A stretch of 51,375 bases of DNA, taken from assembly GCA_041690355.1 (NCBI GenBank), contig JAWLHK010000001.1, positions 310,001 to 361,375 on the forward strand, in the 5' to 3' direction. Below the pieces are notes generated by a model. That model saw nothing but the letters and a program-made list of their open reading frames with translations, was not told where the DNA came from and ran no database searches. This document shows, in pieces, positions 20,383 to 30,004 of the stretch. Position 1 is the stretch's first letter. The number at the start of each line of letters is the position of its first letter. The stretch is from a bacterium. GTDB taxonomy: Bacteria; J088; JAWLBW01. The translations under genes were made by a program, and so were the position numbers.

Positions 20383-21279
20383 ATGGCAAAACGACGCCCG
20401 GTCAACATCGGTCTCGTGCAGATGGCCATGCAGGAGTCGCCGGCCGCCAACGTGCAGAAGGCCGAAGCCATGATCCGCGACGCGGCCGCAAAGGGCGCGA
20501 ACATCGTGATCCTGCCCGAGATGTTCACGACGCTCTACTTCTGCCAGGAAGAAGATCACAAGTACTTCGATTACGCCGAAGCGATCCCCGGCCCGACGAC
20601 GGAGCGCATGGGCGCGCTCGCCAAGGAGCTCGGCGTCGTCATCGTCGCCAGCATGTTCGAGCGGCGCGCGCCCGGCCTCTACCACAACACGGCGGCCGTG
20701 CTCGACGCCGACGGAACGTACCTGGGCAAGTATCGCAAGATGCACATCCCCGACGATCCGCTCTTCTACGAGAAATTCTATTTCACGCCGGGCGACCTCG
20801 GGTTCAGGATCTTCGAGACGAAGTTCGGCAAGCTGGGCGTGCTCATCTGCTGGGATCAGTGGTATCCCGAAGGCGCGCGACTGGCGGCCCTGCGCGGTGC
20901 CGAGCTGCTGATCTATCCGACGGCCATCGGCTGGCATCCGTCCGAAAAGGAGCAGTACGGCGCGGCGCAGTATACGAGCTGGGAGACGATCCAGCGCTCG
21001 CATGGCATCGCCAACGGCTGCTTCGTGGCCAGCGTGAACCGGGTCGGCAAGGAAGTCATCGTCGGCGACGGTCTGGAATTCTGGGGGCAGAGCTTCGTCT
21101 CGGATCCGAGCGGCATTCCCCTGATCAAGGGGAGCGTCGACAAGGAAGAAGTCCTCCTCACGACCATCGACTTCGAGAATGTCGAGACGCGCCGCGTGCA
21201 CTGGCCGTTCCTGCGGGACCGCCGCATCGACGCCTATGGTGAGATCACGGCCCGCTACCTGGACGGAGAACCGAAGTGA
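20383..21279 (+). CDS. aguB: N-carbamoylputrescine amidase (carbon-nitrogen hydrolase)
   Basis: Nitrilase triad motifs LPEMF, YRKMHIPDDP, EKFYFTPGD, ICWDQWYPE, YPTAIGW; adjacent to aguA. Confidence 0.9.
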   Translation: MAKRRPVNIGLVQMAMQESPAANVQKAEAMIRDAAAKGANIVILPEMFTTLYFCQEEDHKYFDYAEAIPGPTTERMGALAKELGVVIVASMFERRAPGLYHNTAAVLDADGTYLGKYRKMHIPDDPLFYEKFYFTPGDLGFRIFETKFGKLGVLICWDQWYPEGARLAALRGAELLIYPTAIGWHPSEKEQYGAAQYTSWETIQRSHGIANGCFVASVNRVGKEVIVGDGLEFWGQSFVSDPSGIPLIKGSVDKEEVLLTTIDFENVETRRVHWPFLRDRRIDAYGEITARYLDGEPK

Positions 21280-22337
21280 CGACCACGGGGAAGGAAGAAG
21301 CCCCCGCCGCCCAGGGCTGGCGCATGCCGGCGGAGTGGGAACCGCATCAGGCGACGTGGATCTCTTGGCCCCACAAGGAAGCAAGCTGGCCCGGCAAGTT
21401 CGAGCCGGTGCCCGAGGTCATGACGGCCTTCGTGCGCGCCCTGGTGCAGAGCGGCGAGCTCGTGCGCATCAACGTCGTCGACGTGGCCATGGCCGAAGAC
21501 GTGCGCCGCCGTCTGGTTGCGGCCGGCGTGTTCCACGGCGTGCGCCTCCATCTCTTCCCCACGAACGACGCCTGGTGCCGCGATCATGGCGCCATCTTCG
21601 TGACCCGCACGGCGGGCCAAAAGCGCGAGCTGGCGGCGACCCGCTGGGGATACAACGCCTGGGGCGGCAAGTACGGGCCGTGGGATCTGGATGAGCAGAT
21701 CCCGCAGCGCATGGCCGCCGAGCTTCAGGTACCGCTGTTTCGCGGGGTGATGATCCTCGAGGGGGGGAGCATCGACACGAACGGCGAGGGGATCCTGCTC
21801 ACGACCGAGCAGTGCCTGCTGAACATCAACCGCAACCCGCAGTTTTCCCGGCCCGAAATCGAACGCCGCCTGCGCGACACGCTGGGCATGCACACGATTC
21901 TCTGGCTCGGCGAGGGGATCGTCGGCGACGACACCGACGGGCATATCGACGACATCACGCGGTTCGTCGGTCCGCGCACGATCCTGACGGTGGTCGAAGA
22001 GGATCCGCTGGATGAAAATTACAGGCTGCTTCAGGAGAACCTGCACCGCTTGCGGACCTTCCGGGATGCCGAGGGACGTCCGTTCGACATCGTGACGATC
22101 CCCATGCCGGGTCCGGTCGTCTACGAGGATCAGCGCCTGCCCGCAAGCTACGCGAACTTCTACATCGGCAACCGCATCGTCGCGCTGCCGACCTACCGGC
22201 ATCCGAACGATCGCCGGGCCGCAGAAACGCTGCAGCGGCTTTTTCCCGATCGCCGGGTCGTGCCCATCGACAGCTGGGATCTCATCTGGGGCCTCGGCAG
22301 CTTCCACTGCCTGACGCAGCAGGTGCCCGCGGTCTGA
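21276..22337 (+). CDS. aguA: Agmatine deiminase
   Basis: RMPAEWEPH, TNDAWCRDHG, YNAWGGKY, LEGGSID, DDTDGHIDD, ASYANFY, GSFHCLTQQ. Confidence 0.94.
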   Translation: MTTTGKEEAPAAQGWRMPAEWEPHQATWISWPHKEASWPGKFEPVPEVMTAFVRALVQSGELVRINVVDVAMAEDVRRRLVAAGVFHGVRLHLFPTNDAWCRDHGAIFVTRTAGQKRELAATRWGYNAWGGKYGPWDLDEQIPQRMAAELQVPLFRGVMILEGGSIDTNGEGILLTTEQCLLNINRNPQFSRPEIERRLRDTLGMHTILWLGEGIVGDDTDGHIDDITRFVGPRTILTVVEEDPLDENYRLLQENLHRLRTFRDAEGRPFDIVTIPMPGPVVYEDQRLPASYANFYIGNRIVALPTYRHPNDRRAAETLQRLFPDRRVVPIDSWDLIWGLGSFHCLTQQVPAV

Positions 22338-22374
22338 CTTCCACCGCCTCCCGCCTGCGCTGCCGCGCATGGCG

Positions 22375-22400
22375 CCCTCCTCCTCCAACGAGGAGGAGGG
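22375..22400. terminator. Stem-loop between convergent aguA and ppa
   Basis: CCCTCCTCCTC-CAAC-GAGGAGGAGGG is a perfect 11-bp stem. There is no U-tract, so a terminator role is uncertain. Confidence 0.4.
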
Positions 22401-22493
22401 GGAAGGCATGGTGCCGAAGGCAGAAGGTCCGGGCGAGTCTATCCCGCCCGACGGAGGGCGACAGGGGGGCCGGGGGGAAGGGGAAATTCCCCC

Positions 22494-23093
22494 TCAGCCG
22501 TACTCTTCCCGGTAATCCGCGACAGCGGCTTCGATCACGCGCTGCGCGTGGTCGCGGCCGTAGGATTCGCCGAGCTGAATCTTCTGCGGCTCGCCCGGTA
22601 CCAGCTTGTACGTCGCGAAGTAGTGGCGCAGCCGCTCGACGAGCACGGGGGGAAGCTCGTGCAGGTCGCGCACATTCCCCCACACGTTATCATTCGCGAG
22701 CACGGCGATGATCTTGTCGTCGGCTTCGCCCTTGTCGATGAGCGGAATGCCGCCGACGACGCGGGCGTTCAGAATGATCTCGACGCGGTTGATGGGCCGC
22801 TCGCTGAGCACGCAGATGTCGAGCGGATCACCGTCTCCCTTCTCGGCGCCGGGGATCAGTGCGGCCACCCGCCGGGCGCAATAGGTGCGCGGAATGAAGC
22901 CGTACAGCGCGGGCGGCTGTGCAGACGAACGCTGCGGTCGATCCACGCGAAGATAACCGGTCTGTTTGTCGACCTCGTACTTGATGAGATCGAACGGCGT
23001 GATCTCGATGTAGGCGTGCACGATGTCGGGGGGCTGGGGGCCCACCTCGAGTCCATGCCAGGGGTGCGGGCGCCAGTGGAAGAAGTCTTTCAT
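22494..23093 (-). CDS. ppa: Inorganic pyrophosphatase (family I)
   Basis: HPWHG, IEI...[43 protein letters not shown]. Confidence 0.94.
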   Translation of the reverse strand: MKDFFHWRPHPWHGLEVGPQPPDIVHAYIEITPFDLIKYEVDKQTGYLRVDRPQRSSAQPPALYGFIPRTYCARRVAALIPGAEKGDGDPLDICVLSERPINRVEIILNARVVGGIPLIDKGEADDKIIAVLANDNVWGNVRDLHELPPVLVERLRHYFATYKLVPGEPQKIQLGESYGRDHAQRVIEAAVADYREEYG

Positions 23094-23128
23094 CGGAATC
23101 CAGGGAATCCAGAGGCCGGAGGTTGCGA

Positions 23129-24316
23129 TCAGGCGCTGCGGGGCGCCGGTTTCGCTTCACGGTAGCGGGCAAGAAGCGCGCGGGCAAGTCCGCCGGCGCC
23201 GAGCAGCCAGAGCAGCAGCGAGAGCAGGAAGCTCAGCCCCGGGCCCAGCCCGGGAATGAGCGTGAGGATCGCCAGAACGAGCACGCCGACAGCCACCGTG
23301 GCCGCGCGCATGCCGGGCGCATTCGCACGGGCCGGATCGACCGGTTCGGCTCCGCCGCGCCGCACCCAGCGCAGGACCTGCGTGCCCAGGACGACCAGGC
23401 CGTTCACGTACCCGAACACGCCCCAGAGCAGCCACAGGCCGAGCAGGACGAGGGCCGCGAGAAACCCGACGACGCTCAGAAAGAGCAGAAAGGCGATCAG
23501 GGGAGTCACGATCGCAATGAGTACGGCCGTACCCGCCGCGGGAAACGGATCGCGCAGGGTTGCCTCGGCAGCCGTTCGCGAGAAAGCGGGGAAGAGAAAG
23601 ACCCAGGCGAGACCGAGCACGAGCCACGCGAAGAGAAAGAAGAGCCCGGCCCAGCGCCCGTCGACGTCCTGCCGCTCGATCTGCTCGTAGGAGATTCCCT
23701 GCGTAAGGCGCGCGCCGTCTTCGACGACCGCCGGTTCGGGCCCATGGTAGAGAATGGGGCCCTCCATCCGCGCAGACGACAGAATGGTCAGCCGGTTGGC
23801 GTAGATATCGGCGGGACCCGTGACGGAGCCGGCGATCGTGACCTGATCGCCCATGATGCGCAGCTCGCCCGACAGCACGCCGTCGACTTCGATCCTTCCG
23901 CCCGCCAGCCACGTGCGCCCGGCGACGCGCGTCGCTTCGCCGAGCCGGATGGTCCCCCCGGCAAGCACTGCATCGCCCTCGACGGGTCCCCCCAGGGTGA
24001 CCTCGCCGCCGGCCACCCGCAGGTCGTCTCCATACTCCCCCTCGAGCAGAATCTCGCCCCCTGCGGCGATGACGTCCTGGCTGACCGCGGCCGGAACCGA
24101 TACATTGCCGCCGGCGACGACGATATCCCCCTCGACAACCCCCGCGACGCGCACGCGGCCGCCGGCGAGATAGAGGTCTTCGCGGAAGGTTCCCTCTTTG
24201 TTCAGGGTTTCGCCGGTTTCCTGGGCGTGCGCCTTCGGGGCCGCGGGAAGGAAGGCGGCAAGCAGCAGCACGCAAAGCGTCCGTCGAAGCAGAGGGCGAT
24301 TCGGCAGGTTGGCCAT
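23129..24316 (-). CDS. Bactofilin-like beta-helix protein with a C-terminal multi-TM domain
   Basis: Signal peptide, tandem GD-x-x-x-AGG-x-V-x-x-x-G repeats, then several hydrophobic helices. Confidence 0.75.
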   Translation of the reverse strand: MANLPNRPLLRRTLCVLLLAAFLPAAPKAHAQETGETLNKEGTFREDLYLAGGRVRVAGVVEGDIVVAGGNVSVPAAVSQDVIAAGGEILLEGEYGDDLRVAGGEVTLGGPVEGDAVLAGGTIRLGEATRVAGRTWLAGGRIEVDGVLSGELRIMGDQVTIAGSVTGPADIYANRLTILSSARMEGPILYHGPEPAVVEDGARLTQGISYEQIERQDVDGRWAGLFFLFAWLVLGLAWVFLFPAFSRTAAEATLRDPFPAAGTAVLIAIVTPLIAFLLFLSVVGFLAALVLLGLWLLWGVFGYVNGLVVLGTQVLRWVRRGGAEPVDPARANAPGMRAATVAVGVLVLAILTLIPGLGPGLSFLLSLLLWLLGAGGLARALLARYREAKPAPRSA

Positions 24317-24356
24317 GGCGATCCCACCCTAGCACGGTCGGGGCGGCGGCGTAAGG

Positions 24357-25541
24357 CTATACCCGGCAGACGAGCCCTTTCAGGTATCCCCCTTCGGGAA
24401 ACGCCAGGCGCACGGGGTGATCCGCGGCCTGCCAGAGGCGGGCGACGATGGCCGCGTCGCGCCCCGCGTCGAGGGCCGCGTCGGCGACGATTTTCTGGAA
24501 GAGGTCGGCATCCATGTGCCCGGAACACGAGAAGGTGAAGAGCAGTCCGCCGGGGCGCAGCAGCTTGCACGCGAGCAGATTGATGTCCTTGTAGCCGCGC
24601 GCGGCGCCGGCGACCTGCGCCTTCGACTCGGCGAATTTCGGGGGGTCGAGCACGATGACGTCGAAGGCGCGGCGCGCATCGCGGTACTGGCGCAGGAGGG
24701 CGAAGACATCCCCCTGCACGTGTTCGACGCGCCCGGCTTCCAATCCGTTTTCCACCACGGCCTGCGCCGACAGAGCCAGCGCGTCGGCCGACGCATCCAC
24801 GTTGCGCACCGACGCCGCCCCGCCGGAGAGCGCCGCAAGCCCGAAGCCGCCGGTGTAGGAAAAGCAGTTGAGCACCTCGGCCCCCTGAACCATGGCGCCG
24901 AGGCGCTGCCGGTTGTCGCGCTGATCCAGATACGCACCGGTCTTGTGGCCGCGGCCGATGTCTACGGGAATGCGGTAGTTCCCCTCGCGGATCCAGACGA
25001 TCGGCGGGGGCACGTCGCCGTGCAGGACGCCCGTGCGCTCGGCGAGACCCTCTTTGGCGCGCACGTCGGCATCGCTGCGCTCGTAGATCGACGACTGGGG
25101 GAACCGTTCGGCGAGCGCGGCGACAATTTCGCGCTTCCAGCGTTCGACGCCGGCCGCGAGAAACTGGCAGACCAGGTGGCCGGCATAGCGATCGACGATG
25201 AGCCCGGGGAGTCCGTCGTTCTCGGCGTAGATGAGACGCGCGCCCCCCGCCGGGTCGGCGAACTCACCCGTGCGCCGTGCGATGGCGTCGGCAATACGGC
25301 CGGCGAAGAAGGCGGCTTCGATCTCCGGCTCCTCGGCGCCGAAGGTCCACATGCGGATGCGAATCTGCGATGCGGGCGACCAGGCGCCCAGACCCAGCAC
25401 GTTGCCCCGGGCGTCGACGACGCGCACGGTGTCGCCAGGCGCGGGCGAGCCCTCGAGGCGCTCGACGGCGTTCGAGAAGATCCACGGATGGCGGCGCAGA
25501 AGCGATTTTTCGCGCCCTTTGGCGAGGCGGGCAGTGTGCAT
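24357..25541 (-). CDS. rlmI: 23S rRNA m5C1962 methyltransferase family
   Basis: PUA domain (RRHPWIFS), ENDGLPGLIVDRY, GHKTGAYLDQRDNR, VLNCFSYTGGF, DVIVLDPPKF, FTFSCSG, DHP...FPEG.YLKG. Confidence 0.92.
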   Translation of the reverse strand: MHTARLAKGREKSLLRRHPWIFSNAVERLEGSPAPGDTVRVVDARGNVLGLGAWSPASQIRIRMWTFGAEEPEIEAAFFAGRIADAIARRTGEFADPAGGARLIYAENDGLPGLIVDRYAGHLVCQFLAAGVERWKREIVAALAERFPQSSIYERSDADVRAKEGLAERTGVLHGDVPPPIVWIREGNYRIPVDIGRGHKTGAYLDQRDNRQRLGAMVQGAEVLNCFSYTGGFGLAALSGGAASVRNVDASADALALSAQAVVENGLEAGRVEHVQGDVFALLRQYRDARRAFDVIVLDPPKFAESKAQVAGAARGYKDINLLACKLLRPGGLLFTFSCSGHMDADLFQKIVADAALDAGRDAAIVARLWQAADHPVRLAFPEGGYLKGLVCRV

Positions 25542-25556
25542 GGATGAGAGGCCGGT

Positions 25557-26057
25557 TCAGACGTTCACGGGCTTGCGCGCGCGGCCGGGCCGGCCGGCAC
25601 GCCGGGTGAGGGCCAGCGCGCCTGAGGCGGCCCCGAGACACAGCAGCAGGACGAGCATGCGCCCCCCCTGCCCGCCGAAGAACTGCGGCTGGGCAAACGC
25701 GACGGTGAGCGGCAGACTCAACGGCAGCAGCAGCCAGGAAGCGCGCCGCATGCCGAAGCGCCCGCCGATCCAGCCGGGGAGCAGAAAGGCGATGAAATGC
25801 AATACGGGAAGGATGGCGAACCAGGGAACCGTCTGCGCACGGGCCGCCATGCGATCGAAAATCGCGCCGACATCGAGCTGCAGCTTTCCCTTGCGGACCT
25901 CTTCCTTATCCATCTCTTCCACATGCGCGCGCGTGGCCGGACGGGCGACGGCATAGGCGAACACGGCCGCATACCCGCCAGCGAGCGAGCCCCACGTCAG
26001 CAACGTGAGGAGCACCAGGATCAGGATACGTTTCCACGGCATCGACTTCGCAGCCAT
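25557..26057 (-). CDS. Hypothetical membrane protein
   Basis: 166 aa with about four hydrophobic segments; fills the gap between co-oriented genes; TACGCT box 6 nt upstream of the ATG. Confidence 0.65.
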   Translation of the reverse strand: MAAKSMPWKRILILVLLTLLTWGSLAGGYAAVFAYAVARPATRAHVEEMDKEEVRKGKLQLDVGAIFDRMAARAQTVPWFAILPVLHFIAFLLPGWIGGRFGMRRASWLLLPLSLPLTVAFAQPQFFGGQGGRMLVLLLCLGAASGALALTRRAGRPGRARKPVNV

Positions 26058-26111
26058 CCGTTCAGCGTACCACGCGGGTATGGCGGACGCCCTTCTGGAA
26101 GGACACCGACG

Positions 26112-27545
26112 TCAGGCGGAGTGCGTGGAAGAGAACCCGGCCGGCGGAAAAAGGACGCGGATCGACAGCCCTGTTCCGTCGGGCCCGGCGCTGACCTTCA
26201 GCGTCGCCCGGTGCAGGCCGGCGATGCGGCGCACGATGGCCAGCCCGAGTCCAGAACCGGCGCTTCCGGGGCGCCGCGCGAACCGCTCGAAAACCCGTTC
26301 GCGCTCGGCTTCGGGGATGCCGGGGCCACGATCCGTGACGGCGAGCACGGCCCGGCCCTCTTCGACCCGGAGGCGGACGCCGACCTCGCCCCCGTCGCGT
26401 CCATGGCGGATCGCGTTGTCGACGAGATTGCGCACGAGAACCTCGAGCAGGGCCGCGTTTCCGTCGACGACGACCTCTTCGTTGGCCTCGAGATCGACCT
26501 CGACGCCCGACTTCACGGCCGCGGGGGTGAGCGCCGCCATGGCGGCGCGCACCGGATCGACCAGGCTGACCCGCTCGGTATCCCCCAGCGCGTCATCGGG
26601 CTCGAGGCGGGCCAGCGTCAGCATCTGGTCCACCAGATGGGCATGCCGATCGACGGCCGCCAGCAGATGCTCGAGCGCATGCCCCCGCTCGCGCTCGTCG
26701 GCCGCCGTCAGCGCCACCTGCGCCTGCGCACGCAACCCGGCGAGCGGCGTACGCAACTCGTGGGCGGCGTCGGCCGTGAAGCGCCGCTCGGCCGCGAGCG
26801 ATCGTTCGAGCCCCGCAAGCAGCTCGTTCAGGGCCGTCTGGAGCGGCCGCACCTCGCGCGGCACCTCTCCTTCGAGCGGGGCAAGGTCGTGGGGGCCGCG
26901 GCGTCCGACTTCTCGCGCGAATCCGTCGAGCGGCTTCAGGCCGCGCCGCACGGCCAGATAGACGCCGACGGCCAGCAGCGGAACCGCGAGAAGCAGCGGC
27001 GCAAGAATTCCGGCTGCGAAGCGGGCCGCAAGGCGTTCGCGGGGCGCGTGGCGCTGCGCGGCGGCAACCCGCAAACCGTCGTCGTCGGTGACGAAGACTC
27101 GCAGGCGCTCGCCGCCCACCGTGGCGTCGTGAAATCCATCCCGCACGAAGCCGGCAAGCGGCGGGCTCTGCGCCGACGAGCGCTGCAGCAGGTCGCCCGA
27201 AGGCGCACGAACCTCGAACCAGACCTCCTGCCGCCAGGCGCCCGCACGGCGGGACTCTTCGTCCCGTCCGCCGAAATCGTCCTCGCGCACCCGATCGGAG
27301 TCACCCCGGCCGCGCCGTTCGTGTCGGCGCGGGCGCTCATCCTCGTCCCCCTCGTCTTCGTCGTACTCGTGCTCGACACGCGCCAGCACCGCGCGCGCCG
27401 TCTGCGCGAGCTGCGCATCGAAGACCGCATCGATCTGCCGGTGCGCCGCGCGATAGCTCCAGACACCGGCCCCGATCCAGAGCAGCGCCGTGGCGGCAAG
27501 CACGAGCAGCACGAGGCGCCGGCGCAACGACGTTACGCCCGTCAT
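26112..27545 (-). CDS. Sensor histidine kinase (QseC/BasS-like)
   Basis: SLRRRL-TM, FDAQL, second TM, H-box FTADAAHELRTPL, NLVDNAIRH, DRGPGI, GSGLGLAIV. ATG 27545 overlaps the regulator stop. Confidence 0.93.
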   Translation of the reverse strand: MTGVTSLRRRLVLLVLAATALLWIGAGVWSYRAAHRQIDAVFDAQLAQTARAVLARVEHEYDEDEGDEDERPRRHERRGRGDSDRVREDDFGGRDEESRRAGAWRQEVWFEVRAPSGDLLQRSSAQSPPLAGFVRDGFHDATVGGERLRVFVTDDDGLRVAAAQRHAPRERLAARFAAGILAPLLLAVPLLAVGVYLAVRRGLKPLDGFAREVGRRGPHDLAPLEGEVPREVRPLQTALNELLAGLERSLAAERRFTADAAHELRTPLAGLRAQAQVALTAADERERGHALEHLLAAVDRHAHLVDQMLTLARLEPDDALGDTERVSLVDPVRAAMAALTPAAVKSGVEVDLEANEEVVVDGNAALLEVLVRNLVDNAIRHGRDGGEVGVRLRVEEGRAVLAVTDRGPGIPEAERERVFERFARRPGSAGSGLGLAIVRRIAGLHRATLKVSAGPDGTGLSIRVLFPPAGFSSTHSA

Positions 27546-28213
27546 GCCTTGCCCTCGGCCGGGGGCACCATGTAGCCGACGCCGCGGATCGTGCGGATCA
27601 GGTCTTCGCCCAGTTTGCGCCGTAGGTGGTGAACGTGCACTTCGACGGCGTTGCTCGCCAGCGAGTCGTCCCATCCGTATAGCGCCTGTTCTATCTGACG
27701 GCGCGAGAGGACGCGCCCCGCGTTTTCGAGCAGCTCCTGCAGCACCGCGAATTCCCGCGGCGACAGCTCGACCGGTTCGCCGCGAAGCGTCACCCGGTGC
27801 GCGGCCGGGTCCAGCTCGACCGCGCCGTGGCGGATGGAGGATACGGCGCGGCCCCCCGCCCGCCGCATCAGAGCCCGCAGGCGGGCCTGCACTTCGTCGA
27901 GATCAAACGGCTTCACGACGTAGTCGTCGGCGCCCGCATCCAGCCCCGCGACCCGATCCTGCACCGCATCCTGCGCCGTCGCGATCAGCACGGGAGCGTT
28001 GCCCCCGCTTCCCCTGTATTCCCGCAGAACGTCAAGCCCGCTCCGTCCCGGCAGGCCCAGGTCGAGCAGGACGGCATCGTACCGCTCGTCCGCAAGCGCA
28101 TAGGCCGCGTCGGCGCCGTCGCGCATCCAGTCGACGGCATAGCCCGCCCTTACGAGGGCCGCGCGAACGGCGTCGCCGAGCAGATCGTCGTCTTCTACGA
28201 GAAGGATGCGCAT
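27542..28213 (-). CDS. OmpR-family response regulator (QseB/PmrA-like)
   Basis: MRILLVEDD, LLDLGLP, GLDAGADDYVVKPF, SNAVEVHVHHLRRKLG, IRTIRGVGY. Confidence 0.95.
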   Translation of the reverse strand: MRILLVEDDDLLGDAVRAALVRAGYAVDWMRDGADAAYALADERYDAVLLDLGLPGRSGLDVLREYRGSGGNAPVLIATAQDAVQDRVAGLDAGADDYVVKPFDLDEVQARLRALMRRAGGRAVSSIRHGAVELDPAAHRVTLRGEPVELSPREFAVLQELLENAGRVLSRRQIEQALYGWDDSLASNAVEVHVHHLRRKLGEDLIRTIRGVGYMVPPAEGKA

Positions 28214-28277
28214 CCTGATCTCCCCTTACCGCAGGCCTCACATCAGCGTACCACCGAGGCCGACGCGCCCGATACTT

Positions 28278-28865
28278 CTACGGGCGGGGAATGCGGACCT
28301 GCTCCTCGTCGAAGATGCCCGCGTCGGCGTTCCGGTGACAGGCGGCGCAATTCGCCGCGCTCCCGATCGAGGGGCGTGCGAAAACCCGTGACGAGACATC
28401 TTCATGACGCCGCTCGAAGTAGCGTGTCTGCGTAAAGCGCAGCGGCGTCTCGACGGCGGGGATGGACTGTGCGATACGACGCGAGCGCAGGCTCGGCGCC
28501 CGATCGGCCGCGTGATCGACGAGAAAGGCCGTGATCTCGGCGCGCGCGGCCGGATCCAGGCTCGCGTTCTCACCGAAGTGGTTCTCCAGATCGTCCATCA
28601 TCGCGATCCACGACCGCGTCGGGAGCAGACCCGGGTGGTAGAGCGTATGGCAAGCCGCGCACTCCTCCTTCCAGCGGGTGCTCGCGACCGGTTCGAGCTG
28701 GCGGAACCGGGTTCGCGCCCTGGCCCGCCCCCTTTCCTTTTCGAGCGGCTGCTCGGTGCGGCGATGTTCGTGTTCGTCCTCGTCATCGTCGTCGGCGGCC
28801 AGGTAGCCGGCGGCGCCCAGAACGCCAATCAGGGTCATGAGTTGTATCCAGCGGCGGAAGCCCAT
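28278..28865 (-). CDS. Diheme cytochrome c (DHC)
   Basis: Signal peptide, ECAACHTLYHPGLLP...SW...L.NHFGENASL, PLRFTQT, and a second heme motif NCAACH. Confidence 0.9.
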   Translation of the reverse strand: MGFRRWIQLMTLIGVLGAAGYLAADDDDEDEHEHRRTEQPLEKERGRARARTRFRQLEPVASTRWKEECAACHTLYHPGLLPTRSWIAMMDDLENHFGENASLDPAARAEITAFLVDHAADRAPSLRSRRIAQSIPAVETPLRFTQTRYFERRHEDVSSRVFARPSIGSAANCAACHRNADAGIFDEEQVRIPRP

Positions 28866-28866
28866 G

Positions 28867-29289
28867 TCATTTCTCCAAAGTCAGCGAAATCAGATAGTGC
28901 AGGACGTCGGCCTTCTCAGCCGGGGTGCACGCGCGTCCGAGCGTGTCATTGCAGTTGCGGCGGAACCACTTTTCGACCTTGGCCGCGTCGGTGAACCGGG
29001 CTGCATTCGCTGCCGGCGCGAGCGGATCAATGGTCTTGCCGGCCCGGGTGCGCCCCGGCCGCCGCGGATCGGCCGTGTGGCAGGTCGCGCAGGACGTGGC
29101 GTCGTTCCTTCCCGGGAACTCGCGGTGGAACAGGCTGTCGCCGCGCGAAGCCGACGGGACGAAGGCGGAATTCTGACCGCGCGCCTCCCTGGCGTAGCCA
29201 TCGAGAAAGCTCTGGGGCGTGTCGGCCGCGGCCCCACGGGGTACGGCCACGGCCGCGGCGAGCGCGAAGAGTACAGCAGGGGTCCTCAT
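28867..29289 (-). CDS. Sphaeroides heme protein-like cytochrome c (SHP/DUF1924)
   Basis: Signal peptide from ATG 29289, SCATCHT, GKTIDPLAP.AN..RFTD.AKVEKWFRRNCNDTLGRACT (SHP signature including the C-terminal Cys pair). Confidence 0.9.
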   Translation of the reverse strand: MRTPAVLFALAAAVAVPRGAAADTPQSFLDGYAREARGQNSAFVPSASRGDSLFHREFPGRNDATSCATCHTADPRRPGRTRAGKTIDPLAPAANAARFTDAAKVEKWFRRNCNDTLGRACTPAEKADVLHYLISLTLEK

Positions 29290-29942
29290 TTCCGCTCTCC
29301 CTCCGTGCTTTCGTCCGCATCGGCGGATTCGGCGCTCCGGTACTGGTACCCGCTGATCATGGCCTGCGCGAGGGGAATTTTTTCCAGACGCTCGTGCAGA
29401 ATCAGGGCCCCGATGTGCATGACGACGAAGCCGAGAATGACGAACTGCATCACCTCGTGCGGCTCTTCGATTATTTCCTCGAGGCCGACGCGATCGAACA
29501 GCCAGGGAGCAAGGGGGCCGGCCCCGTGCTCGACCGCGGCGAGCCCCAGTCCGGTCACGGCGGCCACGATCAGGGCTGCGTAGAGGGCGAGGTAGGCAAG
29601 CGAAGCGTAGGGGTCGTGGCCGAAGGCGCGTGTGCGCACCAGACGGCGTCGCCGCAGGGTTTCGGCCCACACGCGCGCATGAAAGAGCGCCGTGAAGCGC
29701 GCATGCCTTGGTCCGACGACGCCCCAGACGATGCGCGCAAGCAGCGCGCCGGCGAAGACGTAGCCGAGCGAGATGTGCGTGAGCCAGACGGCTTTTTCGG
29801 AGAGGCCCTCTTCGAGAAACTCCGAAAGCCAGGCCGTGGCCACGAGCAGCAGTATCGAGCCCGCGAGGGCCCAGTGAAGAACGCGCAGCACCGGATCGTA
29901 GACCCGGGCGCGTACCAGTGTCGTTTCGGCGGATTGTGCCAT
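29286..29942 (-). CDS. Cytochrome b (Ni/Fe-hydrogenase b-type family)
   Basis: VYDPVLRVLHW, HISLGY, RIVWG...HARF, GHDP, EEPHE, MHIGA...AMISG; four His heme ligands. Confidence 0.9.
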   Translation of the reverse strand: MAQSAETTLVRARVYDPVLRVLHWALAGSILLLVATAWLSEFLEEGLSEKAVWLTHISLGYVFAGALLARIVWGVVGPRHARFTALFHARVWAETLRRRRLVRTRAFGHDPYASLAYLALYAALIVAAVTGLGLAAVEHGAGPLAPWLFDRVGLEEIIEEPHEVMQFVILGFVVMHIGALILHERLEKIPLAQAMISGYQYRSAESADADESTEGERK

Positions 29943-29983
29943 GGATTTCCTCCTGTCCATGACACTGAGCCTACCCGGCCCGT

Positions 29984-30000
29984 CTTAACCGGAGCTTAAG
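29984..30000 (-). promoter_or_regulatory. PmrA/QseB/BqsR-type direct-repeat box
   Basis: Minus strand CTTAAG-CTCCG-GTTAAG at the -35 position, 10 bp before a TAGGCT -10-like hexamer, upstream of the cytochrome b gene. Confidence 0.7.
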
Positions 30001-30004
30001 AGCG

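Noticed and set aside
25797..27575. 592-aa plus-strand ORF
   Set aside because: Antisense shadow of the histidine kinase.
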